Shown here: positions 40,951 to 50,998 of the stretch, one piece after another
Position numbering within the stretch: the first letter of the stretch is position 1
Layout: every line of letters begins with the position of its first letter
Assembly: GCA_965208105.1 (NCBI GenBank)
Contig: OZ242318.1
Location: 1,376,001 to 1,440,000 of the forward strand
Direction of reading: 5' to 3'
DNA: 64,000 nt
Origin: Candidatus Latescibacterota bacterium
GTDB taxonomy: Bacteria; Latescibacterota; UBA2968; UBA8231
Made by a program: the position numbers and the translations under genes
Notes under the pieces: generated by a model
The model's database searches: none
Told to the model about the DNA's origin: nothing
The model's input: only the letters and a program-made list of their open reading frames with translations

Positions 40951-43900
40951 TCACTTGAGGACTTGCAGCGCCCCCATTCGTTCGGCTTCCTGGCCCTCCG
41001 GGACCTCCACCCGCACGCTGTATAAATAGGCACCGTTGGCAAGATCGGCGGACGGGGTCCAGGCCACCTTGTTGAAACCAATCTCGGTGCCGCCCTCCAT
41101 CTCGTCCACCAGCCTCCCGGACACCGAGAACACCCTGATGCGGACCTTGCTAGCAGCGACCTTGAGGCTATAGGTGAAATGCCCCTCCATCTGCATGGGA
41201 TTGGGAAAGAAGAGCAGGTCGGCGAGGGCGGAATCGGGCTCCTCGGCGATCCGGACCAGGACCTCGGCGCTGGCAGAATTGTTGAAGGTATCCCAGGCCT
41301 TGAGACGAATCGCATGCTCACCTGGTTCCAGCTCCGGCAGCGGATACTCCAGCACCCCCTCCTTGTAGCTGCCGCCTTCCACGATGAAGTACTCGGTAAC
41401 CTTGAACACCTGCCCGTCGACGGCCAGCTCGATTTCGTGGCCTGTCTCACCGGTGATATTTATCCCGCTCTCGTCGCGTATCACCGCCCGCAGAATGGAT
41501 CCGTTGGGAATGGTCGTCCCGCTGCTCCCCAGGAAACCCAAAGAGATTTGCGGGCCTTCCCGGTCGGCTTCCACCCCCTCGGCAGTCCCGGCCAGGACCA
41601 GGTCCCGGACCGATCCGAAGCCGGATGGCCGCCCCTCGCCCCATACAAAGGCGCTGACGCTGCCTTCCACCCCCTGGTAGGTGATGTCCTTGGGCACCCG
41701 GAATGCGGTTTCGAAACGACCCCGCTCCACCTGGAACCTACCGCGGAACAGAGGTCCCCCCAGCTGTTTGTAGGTCAAACCGTCCAGGTGGCTCCGCACC
41801 GCCGAATCGAACACCTTCACCCAGACGCGGCCCTCGAAGTCGTCTAGGGCGACCCCCCGATCATCCACTACCTGGCCTCGAATCGGCACCTCGCTCAGAG
41901 CCTGCAGGGTATCGGCAATCTCTATCTCCACCCTGTATGGCGGCATGGCCAATCGCGTGGCCGGATCGCCTATGAGCGAATAGCGCTGGACATTTCTCCT
42001 GTCCAGATCGGACAGCCGCACCATCTGCTTGGCCTCCATCAAGGCAAGGCCCACGGGGACATAGGCGCGGCCGGAGCGATACATCTGCTCGTGGAACCTG
42101 AATGCCAGGGTCATGTTGCTGCCGTGGTAGCCGACCCTCGTGGCCGAAATCATACCGATGATGCCACCCTCTGGCAGCTTCAGCAGATCCTCCGGCATGG
42201 AGCTGCGCACGGGATCGTCGAAAGGTCCCACCTGGCTGGCCGCCATGTACATCAGCGGCAAGCGCCTGCCGTTGTCGATGGCGCCCAGGTCGCGGGAGAC
42301 CACGAACATGCGCTCGTGAGCCAGGGTCCGCCAGTTGCCGTGGCCCAGGAAGGTGAGAATCAGGGCCCCTTCGTTGAAGCTCCGGATGAAGGCATCGCGG
42401 GCGCGGGGCTTGGTTCGGCCTTCGAGGGGATACTGCGCCAGGTAGAGCTTCACGAGGTCCAACTCCGGAGGCAGGTAATTTTCGGCCATGGTCTCCGCGT
42501 CCCAAAGAAACCACCTCTCGACCGCCCCCGGATTGTCCAAATTACTCAAATCGTCCGCTATCAGGAGGACCCGGCTCTGCCAGGGGCCGGCCTCGGGGCG
42601 GCGGTCGTAATCGATCACCTTGTCCACCACGAGGTCCGCTTCCGCTTCCGTCTGCACCGTCAGCCGGCCGATTGCCATGTCGGGCAGCGGATCGTCGCCA
42701 GCCACCCGCACGTACCACTCATCGTAGGTGCTGTCCCAATCCTGATAGGGAGGGATCCAGTTGCCCGGGCTGCTGCCCGAGTTGTTCTTGTAGTCGTAGG
42801 TGCCATCTCCCAGCAGCACCACGAAGAAGGGCGCCGGATCCCAATGTTCGGCTGCATGTTTGAGAAAGTTGCGGATCGCCGCAGGGTCCACCAGGCCCCC
42901 GGAAAACTCGTCGTAGATATCCTGCACATCCACGACGGCAGTGCGCAGCGGCCTTCCCAGGCGGTCGTCCTCTGCCCTCCAGGCCGCCAGCCGGTTCGCG
43001 GCCCCGGAAAAATCACCGTGGGTGATTATCAGGTACTCGGTCCCGTTGCCTGCTCCCCTCAAGCCGCCGGAACGGTCGACTTCGAGCCGAAGGGGCCGCT
43101 TGAGGCGCGAGGGACCCAGCGCAAGGTAGCTCCTGGGAACGGGACCGGACACGTCCTGGAAAGTCGCGATGCCCGAGGACGGGTCATAGACGAAATCGTC
43201 GATCTCGGCAAGCCCGGAGGAAACCTCGAAGATGCGCGGCTCCTCCTGCGCAAATCCGGATAGTTGAAATTCCACAGTCCCCTCGCTCCCGGGAGCGTCG
43301 AAGACCAGCTCATTGCGCTGGGCGACGAACTGCCGGCTGTACTCCAGCTCGTACCAGTCCAGGCGGGTCAAGGATTCGTCTTCGTGCACCAGCCCCAACT
43401 GGTTGACCCCCTCCCGGGCGCCCCGGGGCGCCTGCGCCGCCAGAGTAAAGGAGCGGGCGCCGAAGAACTGAAATTCACCCAGCACCTCGTCGTTCCACTT
43501 GAAGGTGAACCGGTGGTCCCTGTTGGTCCATCCGAAGAAGCGCACCCGGATGTCCACCGGATCGGCAACGGCACCCTGGACAACGGTCGAATAGTTGCGG
43601 GCATTCCCCTGGAAATCCTCCCAGTACCACTCGTATCCGGAACGCACGGAAAAGGTCTGGACGAGGATGATTTCCTCCGACTCGACGTGCTCGCGCACGC
43701 GGTAGCTCTGCGGCCTCAGGGGCGCCGGCGCCTGCAGTGCGCCGCTGCGCCGGGTGGCGCGTCTGCCGGCGACCTCCCCGTGGAACTCGAGCCAATACAC
43801 GTTGTCGTGGGTATAGGGGTTCTTCCTGAAAGCGTAGGCCCCGTCGCCTTCTCTGTACTCCCAGCGGTTCACGGGCTCGCCATGGAACAGGATGGAATCC

Positions 43901-44712
43901 TCGGGATCCAGTCTGCCGTCTCCACCATCCTCAACCACGATGGCCTGTTCCTCCAGGACAGCCCCGGCCGCATGGGAGATGCTCAACGGAAGGACTCTTC
44001 CTCCGCCGTACAACATGCGGATGCGCATCGGGTCGACCGCCGCCAGATCGATTCCCGCCGACTCCAGGTCGGCTCCGCTGATGCGGTATATTCCCCCCTC
44101 CCTCAACACCACCCGGACGCGTTCGGCAGTACTGCTCTGCAGGGATGGCCGCTCCCTCCTCCCACCCCGGTGCCGGCGCCAATCCCGGGCCTGCTCGTAG
44201 TTAAGCAGGGTCTGGTTGAAGAACATTTCCGCCCAGCGATCCCTTCTGCCGCTCCCCGGTGACCTCCGCCCTTCCGCAAAGCGCAGATCCACAACCACGC
44301 GGTCGTAGACCTGGACCGAGCCACCCGCCTCTCGCCGGGGCGCGAAGACCAGCTCGACGACGCGCTGGTCGCGGACGAATCCCTGCGCGCCCAGGAAGGC
44401 CGGCCCCTCGAGGTCCTCGGGCAAGGATGGGAGGGAGGCAGGTTCTGCAGGTGAGGATGTCCTCGCCTCGACGACTTCGAGGCTGACCTCCCCTTCGAGC
44501 GGCAGCCCGACGAGCCAACTGCGGCCGGCGGCAAGCCGCAGGTCGACCGGTTCGGCTTCGTAGGCGATGCGCAGGTAACCTGGCCCGCTTTCCACAACGC
44601 GCACTTCGGCGTGCAATGCGCTCAGCACCAGAAAGACGGCTGGCAGAGCGGCGAGAAAGCACTGAGATCGGAAAAGAGGAAAAGGAGGGAGGAACAAACT
44701 AAAGAGGAACAA
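40951..44712 (-). CDS. porU: T9SS sortase PorU (gingipain C25 family) with Ser at the catalytic Cys position
   Basis: IYDEFSGG..DPAAIRNFLK, LLGDGTYDYK, IGRL, FLGHG, MAASQVGPFDDP, LIGDPA, F.VPKDI, DESGIN..GH, KAWDTFNN, FPNP. Confidence 0.87.
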   Translation of the reverse strand: MFLFSLFLPPFPLFRSQCFLAALPAVFLVLSALHAEVRVVESGPGYLRIAYEAEPVDLRLAAGRSWLVGLPLEGEVSLEVVEARTSSPAEPASLPSLPEDLEGPAFLGAQGFVRDQRVVELVFAPRREAGGSVQVYDRVVVDLRFAEGRRSPGSGRRDRWAEMFFNQTLLNYEQARDWRRHRGGRRERPSLQSSTAERVRVVLREGGIYRISGADLESAGIDLAAVDPMRIRMLYGGGRVLPLSISHAAGAVLEEQAIVVEDGGDGRLDPEDSILFHGEPVNRWEYREGDGAYAFRKNPYTHDNVYWLEFHGEVAGRRATRRSGALQAPAPLRPQSYRVREHVESEEIILVQTFSVRSGYEWYWEDFQGNARNYSTVVQGAVADPVDIRVRFFGWTNRDHRFTFKWNDEVLGEFQFFGARSFTLAAQAPRGAREGVNQLGLVHEDESLTRLDWYELEYSRQFVAQRNELVFDAPGSEGTVEFQLSGFAQEEPRIFEVSSGLAEIDDFVYDPSSGIATFQDVSGPVPRSYLALGPSRLKRPLRLEVDRSGGLRGAGNGTEYLIITHGDFSGAANRLAAWRAEDDRLGRPLRTAVVDVQDIYDEFSGGLVDPAAIRNFLKHAAEHWDPAPFFVVLLGDGTYDYKNNSGSSPGNWIPPYQDWDSTYDEWYVRVAGDDPLPDMAIGRLTVQTEAEADLVVDKVIDYDRRPEAGPWQSRVLLIADDLSNLDNPGAVERWFLWDAETMAENYLPPELDLVKLYLAQYPLEGRTKPRARDAFIRSFNEGALILTFLGHGNWRTLAHERMFVVSRDLGAIDNGRRLPLMYMAASQVGPFDDPVRSSMPEDLLKLPEGGIIGMISATRVGYHGSNMTLAFRFHEQMYRSGRAYVPVGLALMEAKQMVRLSDLDRRNVQRYSLIGDPATRLAMPPYRVEIEIADTLQALSEVPIRGQVVDDRGVALDDFEGRVWVKVFDSAVRSHLDGLTYKQLGGPLFRGRFQVERGRFETAFRVPKDITYQGVEGSVSAFVWGEGRPSGFGSVRDLVLAGTAEGVEADREGPQISLGFLGSSGTTIPNGSILRAVIRDESGINITGETGHEIELAVDGQVFKVTEYFIVEGGSYKEGVLEYPLPELEPGEHAIRLKAWDTFNNSASAEVLVRIAEEPDSALADLLFFPNPMQMEGHFTYSLKVAASKVRIRVFSVSGRLVDEMEGGTEIGFNKVAWTPSADLANGAYLYSVRVEVPEGQEAERMGALQVLK

Positions 44713-44896
44713 CCTTCCAGGACGATGTGCTTGAGCGAATGGAGGATTTCATCTGCGGCGACCTTGGAGACCTGCCTCGAGGGATCAGACCCGGCGCATA
44801 CACCCCGACCCCGGGACGGCGCGAAATGCCGCAACCCGGGATTCAGGGACAGCCTCTAAGGTGAAGGCTATCTCCTTGTTTGTCAAGGCGTTCCCC

Positions 44897-44925
44897 TTGA
44901 CTGATCCACCGGGCTTGCCTATCTT
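44897..44925 (+). promoter_or_regulatory. Putative promoter of rpmB
   Basis: TTGACT-N17-TATCTT; AAGGAG RBS further downstream. Confidence 0.6.
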
Positions 44926-44961
44926 TCTCTGTCTTTCCCGAGGAGAGCAAGGAGATTTTCC

Positions 44962-45189
44962 ATGTCCAGGATATGTTCCATCACCGGAAAAAAGAGCAAA
45001 ACGGCCAACAATGTGAGCCACTCTCACCGCAAGACCAAGCGGGTGCAGCGGCCCAACCTGATCAAGAAACGCATCTTCATTCCCGAGGAGAACCGCACGG
45101 TGACCCTCAAGCTCAGCGCCCGGGCCCTGCGCACCCTGGCCAAGAAGGACCTCAGCCAGGTCATCAAGGAGAAGGGGTTGAAACTCTAG
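44962..45189 (+). CDS. rpmB: 50S ribosomal protein L28
   Basis: MSRICSITGK...NNVSHSHRKTKR...PNL...SARALRT. Confidence 0.97.
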   Translation: MSRICSITGKKSKTANNVSHSHRKTKRVQRPNLIKKRIFIPEENRTVTLKLSARALRTLAKKDLSQVIKEKGLKL

Positions 45190-45280
45190 TCCGCCTCCCC
45201 TCGCTCATCCCACCTGCAATTCCCGACCAGACCAGAAGGAGAGCCCGCAGGACCTGCCGGGACGACAGATTCCCGGGCTG

Positions 45281-45682
45281 CTAGGTCAACAGGTCGCCGA
45301 TCTCGCGCTGCACCCGTTCATCGCGGACCTGGTCGATCACCTCCTTGAAATACTGCGCCGTTCCGCTCAGAATCAGTCGTTCGACCGAGCGGATCTCCTC
45401 CTCCGTGTACACGTTCGATTCCTTCACCAGTTCCATGAATCCCATCCTGTCTTCCAGGTCCAGCCTCGCCACCGCCGCCAGGGTGTCGAACAATTTGTAG
45501 GCGGACGGACTGGCGAGGCACCGCTCCACAATGGCGGCAAGGCGCTCGTTGTTGACGATCGGCGGCAAACGGCCCTTTCCCATGAGTCGATCCCTCTTCG
45601 GTTGGAGGACATGGCGCACTGCTTCCATACCCTCCAGAGCAAGGACCGGGCCCAGGTTTCGGAACAATTCCCTTAATTTCAC
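45281..45682 (-). CDS. Hypothetical helical protein
   Basis: 133-aa ORF with typical codon usage, preceded by an AT-rich promoter-like region. Confidence 0.65.
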   Translation of the reverse strand: MKLRELFRNLGPVLALEGMEAVRHVLQPKRDRLMGKGRLPPIVNNERLAAIVERCLASPSAYKLFDTLAAVARLDLEDRMGFMELVKESNVYTEEEIRSVERLILSGTAQYFKEVIDQVRDERVQREIGDLLT

Positions 45683-45937
45683 ATAAGGTATTCATTATCA
45701 ATATGTTATAATAATAAAAACCCCCCGTCGGACCGGGCCTGATGCACCCTGCTGGACGAAGAAAAGGGAAAATTCTTCCATCAAGGGGAAATTCCCGCCT
45801 TCTCCCCCTCCCGGCTGGCCTTGTCCGCCTCCCCTGCCAAATCTATTTTTGCGGTAACCGTCAGGCCCTTCCCGGGATCGACGCATCTGTCCGGGCTAGG
45901 AATTTAACGTGGACCATTTGCTGCGAGGTGGAAGAAA

Positions 45938-46207
45938 ATGCTCGACAAGGAATTGCTGGACATCCTGGCCTGTCCTGAAACCAAGGAACCCGTGCACCTG
46001 GCGGATCAGTCCGTTATCGAGGCCGTCAATGCCCGCATCGAGCAAGGCGAGGCGAGAAACCGCGGAGGGAAGCGGGTAGAGAAGAAAATCGACGCGGGGC
46101 TGGTTCGCGCCGACGGAGCCTACCTTTACCCGGTGGAGGACGACATCCCCATCATGCTCGTGGAAGAGGCCATCGCACTGCGAGAGGGGCAGGATTCAGC
46201 CCCATGA
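45938..46207 (+). CDS. Trm112-like (UPF0434) protein
   Basis: LLDILACP.TK...YPVEDDIPIMLVEEA. Confidence 0.88.
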   Translation: MLDKELLDILACPETKEPVHLADQSVIEAVNARIEQGEARNRGGKRVEKKIDAGLVRADGAYLYPVEDDIPIMLVEEAIALREGQDSAP

Positions 46208-46216
46208 GACTTGCGC

Positions 46217-47953
46217 TCAGGCGGTGAAGAACGCGACGGTGGTCCAGCAGACGGCTGCCATGCCCGCAGCCATGGTAGCCTGCGGAATCTGGGTCTTGAC
46301 GTGGTCCATCAGGTCGCAGCCGGTGCACATGGAGCTGAGCACGGTGGTGTCCGAGATGGGGGAGCACTGGTCGCCGTAGACGCTGCCGTCCATGACCGCG
46401 GCAAAACACAGGGTCATGAAGAGTTCGGGGTGGGCGAGCCCGTGGGCCCCGGCGACCGCCCAGGCGAGCGGCATGGCCAGCGGGAAGGCCACTGCATAGG
46501 TACCCCAGCTCGTGCCGGTGGAAAAGGCGATGACCATGGTCATGATCTGCAGCATGACCGGCAGGAGGAAGTAGGGAATGGCCGAGCCGAGCTGCTCGAC
46601 CAGAAAGATGCCGCCGCCCGTTTCCTTGCTGATTCCGCCGATGGTGATGGCGAGCAGGAGGATGACGGAGCCGAGGACGACCCCTTTGAGGCCGTCGTGA
46701 AAGCCGGCGATCAGGTCCTTCAGCGACATGCCCTTGGCCAGGGCCATGCCCGCGGCCAGAAGGAGGGCGACGCCGAAGGCCCATTGCACGTTGGGAGATC
46801 CCTTGACGATGAAGGTCCCCACGGCGATGCCGATGAGCGCTCCAAGAGGCAGGAAGAACTCCAGGACGTGGGGCTTGTATCCGGCGGGAACGTTGCTGCC
46901 CTGCAGTTCTTTGGCGCTCAGGGGAGCGGCGCCCTCGGCGTCGAGTTGGCCGGTCTCCCGTGACCGTTTCATGGCTGTCCTGAGCTGTTTGCCCAGAAAC
47001 AGGGGCCTTTCAATGCTGAGGAGAAAGGTACCCAGCACCGCAAAGATGGCGTAGAAGCAGAATGGAACGCTCTGGAAGAAGAAGGTGATGCGGTCGGCTT
47101 CGGTGGCCAGGAAACTGACCCCGGAGACGAAGATGAAGGCCTGTATGTACCCCGGCCAGGCGTTGAACGCGAGCTGGGAGGCAATGGGGGAGGCGGTGGA
47201 GTCGACGATGTATGCCAGCTCTTCGTGACTGATCTTCTCGTTGTCGGCGATGGGTTTGACCGTAGTGCCCACCAGTACCGTGCTCACCGTCCCGCCCTGA
47301 AAGAAGACCACCCCCAGCATCCATGCGACCAGCTTGGCGCTCCTGGGCCCGCGAACGAAACGCCTGGTCATGAACTCGGCAAAAGCCTGGGCTGCACCGG
47401 TCCGCGACCAGATGCCCATGAGCCCGCCCAGCAGCCACAAATAGAGCAGCAGAACTCCGGCGGCGCTGGTGGAAGCCAGTGAGGGAACCAGTACATCCCC
47501 GGTGAAATCGTAGCGGGTCAGGACGAGCGCCCCGGAGAGGATCCCGCCGAGCAGAGCGGTGACGGGTTCTTTGGTGAGCCAGCACAGGAGCACGGCCACC
47601 ACCGCCGGCAGCAGCGACCAGAACCCCCAGTGGTGCTTGGCGAGAAGCTGATAGTAGAAGGTCCTGGATCGTCCCTCGCGCGTTTCCACCTCGGCGACGA
47701 ATTCCTCCTTGACCGGCGGCGCCACACTCGACCCATGTACTCTAGCCGGATTGAGATGGGCTTCGTCCATGGGAACCGGTGTAAAATATGCGGGTTTGCC
47801 TCTGTAGATGTAGAACAGCCTTCCCTCCTCGTCGGCGCTGACGTCCAGCTCAATTTTCTCAACCGTCCAGGTAGGAGGCACGCTGACGCCTACGATCCAT
47901 GATGCGATCAGGGCGAGCGCGAAGATGGCGAAGTTGCGAATGCCTTTGGTCAT
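46217..47953 (-). CDS. Na+/H+ antiporter NhaC-family transporter (possibly amino acid/amine)
   Basis: [52 protein letters not shown]. Confidence 0.88.
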   Translation of the reverse strand: MTKGIRNFAIFALALIASWIVGVSVPPTWTVEKIELDVSADEEGRLFYIYRGKPAYFTPVPMDEAHLNPARVHGSSVAPPVKEEFVAEVETREGRSRTFYYQLLAKHHWGFWSLLPAVVAVLLCWLTKEPVTALLGGILSGALVLTRYDFTGDVLVPSLASTSAAGVLLLYLWLLGGLMGIWSRTGAAQAFAEFMTRRFVRGPRSAKLVAWMLGVVFFQGGTVSTVLVGTTVKPIADNEKISHEELAYIVDSTASPIASQLAFNAWPGYIQAFIFVSGVSFLATEADRITFFFQSVPFCFYAIFAVLGTFLLSIERPLFLGKQLRTAMKRSRETGQLDAEGAAPLSAKELQGSNVPAGYKPHVLEFFLPLGALIGIAVGTFIVKGSPNVQWAFGVALLLAAGMALAKGMSLKDLIAGFHDGLKGVVLGSVILLLAITIGGISKETGGGIFLVEQLGSAIPYFLLPVMLQIMTMVIAFSTGTSWGTYAVAFPLAMPLAWAVAGAHGLAHPELFMTLCFAAVMDGSVYGDQCSPISDTTVLSSMCTGCDLMDHVKTQIPQATMAAGMAAVCWTTVAFFTA

Positions 47954-48238
47954 TTACAGCTCCAGGGTTAGGTCTCGGAAATTCCCTTCATATGGCATGA
48001 ATCCATTTTGCACCCAGCAAAAAAGAAACAATCGATGGGCGAGTCAAGGAGATTCGCACGGCCGACGCTCCGACAGGACAATGTTTTTCAGCTGAGCGGC
48101 TCGCGGGGAATGGGCAGCCGTCCACTTCTTCCGGATTTGAAAGTTACCGGGGCGGAACCTACATTGTGGAGGTGTAAACAAGGCAAATCTGCACACACCG
48201 CCTCGCTATTTTTCGACCAGCAGGAGAGCCCCCGAACG

Positions 48239-49240
48239 GTGCCAACTCCCCAGCATCACAACTCCCCACCCGAGCACGGAATTCGCGTTCCCGCGGCGGC
48301 GATGCGGTCCTTCATGGAGAAATTGTTCGCAAGGGCAGGGCTCTCGCCCGAGGATGCCGGGTTGCTCGGCGGGATTCTCACCGGGTGCGATTTGCGCTGC
48401 GTCTTCACCCACGGCACGCAGGCGGCCGTCTCCTACCTGAGACATCTGCGCGACGGGGAGATCAATCCTCGTCCCCGGATCAAGGTCGTTCACGAGGCGC
48501 CGGGCGCTCTGGTCCTGGACGGCGACGGCGGGCTGGGTTACTTCCCCTGCTGGCGCGGCACCGAGCAGATCATCGCCAAGGCCAAATCCTGCGGGTCCGC
48601 GGTGCTGACCACCCGCAACCACCACCATTTCGGCGCCGCGGGGATCTACACCCGGCAGGCCATCGACCACGGTTGTATCGGACTGGCCGCTTCAAACCAC
48701 CGCACTGAACTGCCGGCGGAGCAGCCGGTGCACCGCACCATCGCCAACTCGCCACTCAGCATCGGCGTGCCCGCCCGGCAACAGCCGCCCCTGGTGCTGG
48801 ACATGGGAACCAGTATTCTCGAAGTCGACCAGGCGATTTCCTCCGGTCACTTCCGCTCTCTGTTCAAAGCCCTTGCCCTGGGCAACGCGGTCCAGATTCT
48901 GGGCGGTGCGGCGGCGGGGATCTATCTCGAAGCCTGCCGCCGAGGGCCCTGGCTCGCCAACCAGGGCTCCTTCATCGCCGTCTTCGACGGGAACCAGCTC
49001 ATGCCCCCTGGACAACTCCAGGACCAGGTCGATCGCTACCTGCGCGAAGCGCGGGCAATGCAGCCGGTGCCGGGCAGGGAAGGAGCCGAGTTGGCCGGCG
49101 GACTCGAATGGAACTGGGAGAGAAAGAACCGGCGGGCGGGCATCCCCGTGGGCGACCATCACCTCCATGCCCTCGAGGAGATTGCCGGCGAGTGGGGCGT
49201 GGAATCACCTTTCGGGGAGTGGGAGAAGACCAGGTTCTGA
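48239..49240 (+). CDS. Ldh_2 family (malate/L-lactate/ureidoglycolate dehydrogenase-like) oxidoreductase
   Basis: DLRCVFTHG, DGDGGLG, NHHHFGAAG.Y, NSPLS, LDMGTS. Start uncertain (GTG 48239 after CAGGAG). Confidence 0.82.
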   Translation: MPTPQHHNSPPEHGIRVPAAAMRSFMEKLFARAGLSPEDAGLLGGILTGCDLRCVFTHGTQAAVSYLRHLRDGEINPRPRIKVVHEAPGALVLDGDGGLGYFPCWRGTEQIIAKAKSCGSAVLTTRNHHHFGAAGIYTRQAIDHGCIGLAASNHRTELPAEQPVHRTIANSPLSIGVPARQQPPLVLDMGTSILEVDQAISSGHFRSLFKALALGNAVQILGGAAAGIYLEACRRGPWLANQGSFIAVFDGNQLMPPGQLQDQVDRYLREARAMQPVPGREGAELAGGLEWNWERKNRRAGIPVGDHHLHALEEIAGEWGVESPFGEWEKTRF

Positions 49241-49262
49241 TGTCCAGACCCGAGGAGACCAC

Positions 49263-50996
49263 ATGACTCCGCCAGCACGTCCGGTCGATCCGATCAAGTT
49301 CGAAGTGATCCGCAACGCCCTGGTGGAGGCCACCGAGGAAATGGCCGTTGCCCTCCGCCGCAGCGCCTACTCCACCAACATAAAGACGCGGGCGGACTTC
49401 TCCTGCGCCTTCTTCGACACCCGCCTGCGCCCGGTTGCCCAGGCCTTCACCCAGCCGGTGCACCTTGGGTCGCTGGCCATCCTGGTGCCCCGCGCGGTGC
49501 GCCGCTACGGGGCCGGTAACATGGGGCCGGGAGACGCCATTCTGGTCAACGACCCCTTTCTCGGCGGCGCCCACCTCAACGACATCACCCTCATTTCGCC
49601 GGTCTACTGCGGCGGCGCGCACCTGGGCTACCTGGCCAATCTGGCCCATCACGTCGACGTGGGCGGGGGCGCTCCGGCCAGCATCGGAGCCTTCCGCGAG
49701 GTCTTCCAGGAGGGCGTCGTCATCCCGCCGGTGAAACTGGTCAGGGGCGGAGCCGTGGTCGAGGACGTGTTCGACCTGGTGCTGGCACAGATCCGTTCCA
49801 AGAGCGAGACCGCGGGCGACTTCCGCGCCCAGATGGCGGCCAACCACACCGGCGCCCTGCGCCTGGCCGAGCTGGTGGAGCGCGAGGGGCTCGAGACCGT
49901 GCAGGCCTACATGGAAGAGCTGCTCGCCTACACCCGCAACCGCATGGAGGCCGAAATCGGCCGTCTGCCCCGCGGAGTCTTCCGCGCCCGGGGGGTGGTG
50001 GACAACAACGGCTTCAGCGACCAGCCCGTGCACCTGCAGGCCGCCATCAGCATCGACGAAGAGGGGGTCCTCTTCGATTTGAGCGGTTCCGACCCGCAGC
50101 GCCGCGCCCCGGTCAATTCCACCTACGCCCAGACCTTCGCCGCCTGCGCCTACGTGCTCAAATGCCTCACCGACCCGGACGTTCCGGTCAACGATGGCTT
50201 CTATCGCCTCGTGCGTCTGACAGCCCCGGCGGGCACCGTGGTCAACGCCAGCGCGCCGGCGCCGGTGGTGGGAGGCTGGGAGACCCAGGTGCGCCTGTCG
50301 GAAATTCTGCTCAAGGCCCTCGCCCAGGTCATGCCCGAGCGGGTGCCGGCGGGCACCAAGGCGATGATGTGCCAGGTGGGCTTCGGCGGCACGGACCCGC
50401 GCAGCGGGGAGCTCTACGCCTATTACGAGACCGTGGCCGGGGGCTACGGCGGCAGAATGGGACGCGACGGACCCGACGCGGTGCAGTGCCACGGGCAGAA
50501 TACCGAAAACGCCCCCATAGAAGAAATCGAGCTCAATTACCCCGTGCGCATCACCCGCTACGAGCTGATCGACGACTCGGGGGGACCGGGGCGCTGGCGC
50601 GGCGGGTTGGGGCTCAGGCGCGACTATTCCTTTCCCGGCCACGAGGTGTCCTTCACCATCCTGGCCGACCGCGACCGCTGGGGGCCCTGGGGCCTGGAGG
50701 GCGGCCGCAGCGCCGGATCCGCAAGGTATGTCCTGCAGGAGGAAGACGGCAGCGAAAGAGAGCTGGGCTCCAAGACCACCTTGCAGCTCAAGCCCGGTCA
50801 GACCGTGAGCTACCGCACCTGCGGCGGCGGCGGATTCGGACCTCCCGATCAACGCGATCCCGCCCTGGTGGGCCGCGACGTCAGCCAGGGCAGGGTGAGC
50901 CCGGAGGACGCGCGCCTCCATTACCTCGTGGAAGTGGACCCCGGGGGCCGGGTCGATTGGGACCGGACCCGCCGCCTGCGCGAGAAAGGACCCTAG
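49263..50996 (+). CDS. Hydantoinase B / 5-oxoprolinase subunit
   Basis: DPIKFEVIRN, AYSTNIK..DFS, PVHLGS, NDPF.GGAHLND, HHVDVGG, NAPIEEIE, GGGGFG. Confidence 0.92.
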   Translation: MTPPARPVDPIKFEVIRNALVEATEEMAVALRRSAYSTNIKTRADFSCAFFDTRLRPVAQAFTQPVHLGSLAILVPRAVRRYGAGNMGPGDAILVNDPFLGGAHLNDITLISPVYCGGAHLGYLANLAHHVDVGGGAPASIGAFREVFQEGVVIPPVKLVRGGAVVEDVFDLVLAQIRSKSETAGDFRAQMAANHTGALRLAELVEREGLETVQAYMEELLAYTRNRMEAEIGRLPRGVFRARGVVDNNGFSDQPVHLQAAISIDEEGVLFDLSGSDPQRRAPVNSTYAQTFAACAYVLKCLTDPDVPVNDGFYRLVRLTAPAGTVVNASAPAPVVGGWETQVRLSEILLKALAQVMPERVPAGTKAMMCQVGFGGTDPRSGELYAYYETVAGGYGGRMGRDGPDAVQCHGQNTENAPIEEIELNYPVRITRYELIDDSGGPGRWRGGLGLRRDYSFPGHEVSFTILADRDRWGPWGLEGGRSAGSARYVLQEEDGSERELGSKTTLQLKPGQTVSYRTCGGGGFGPPDQRDPALVGRDVSQGRVSPEDARLHYLVEVDPGGRVDWDRTRRLREKGP

Positions 50997-50998
50997 GC

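Noticed and set aside
47954-48238. Sigma54 promoter or riboswitch between the transporter and ldh genes
   Set aside because: TGGCAT...TTGC has the wrong GG-to-GC spacing, and no known riboswitch motif was recognised.
48873-50998. Long overlaps among the ldh and hydantoinase B/A ORFs suggesting frameshifting
   Set aside because: Each gene has a proper start (49263, 50999) at the family N-terminal motif; the extensions are just stop-free frames.
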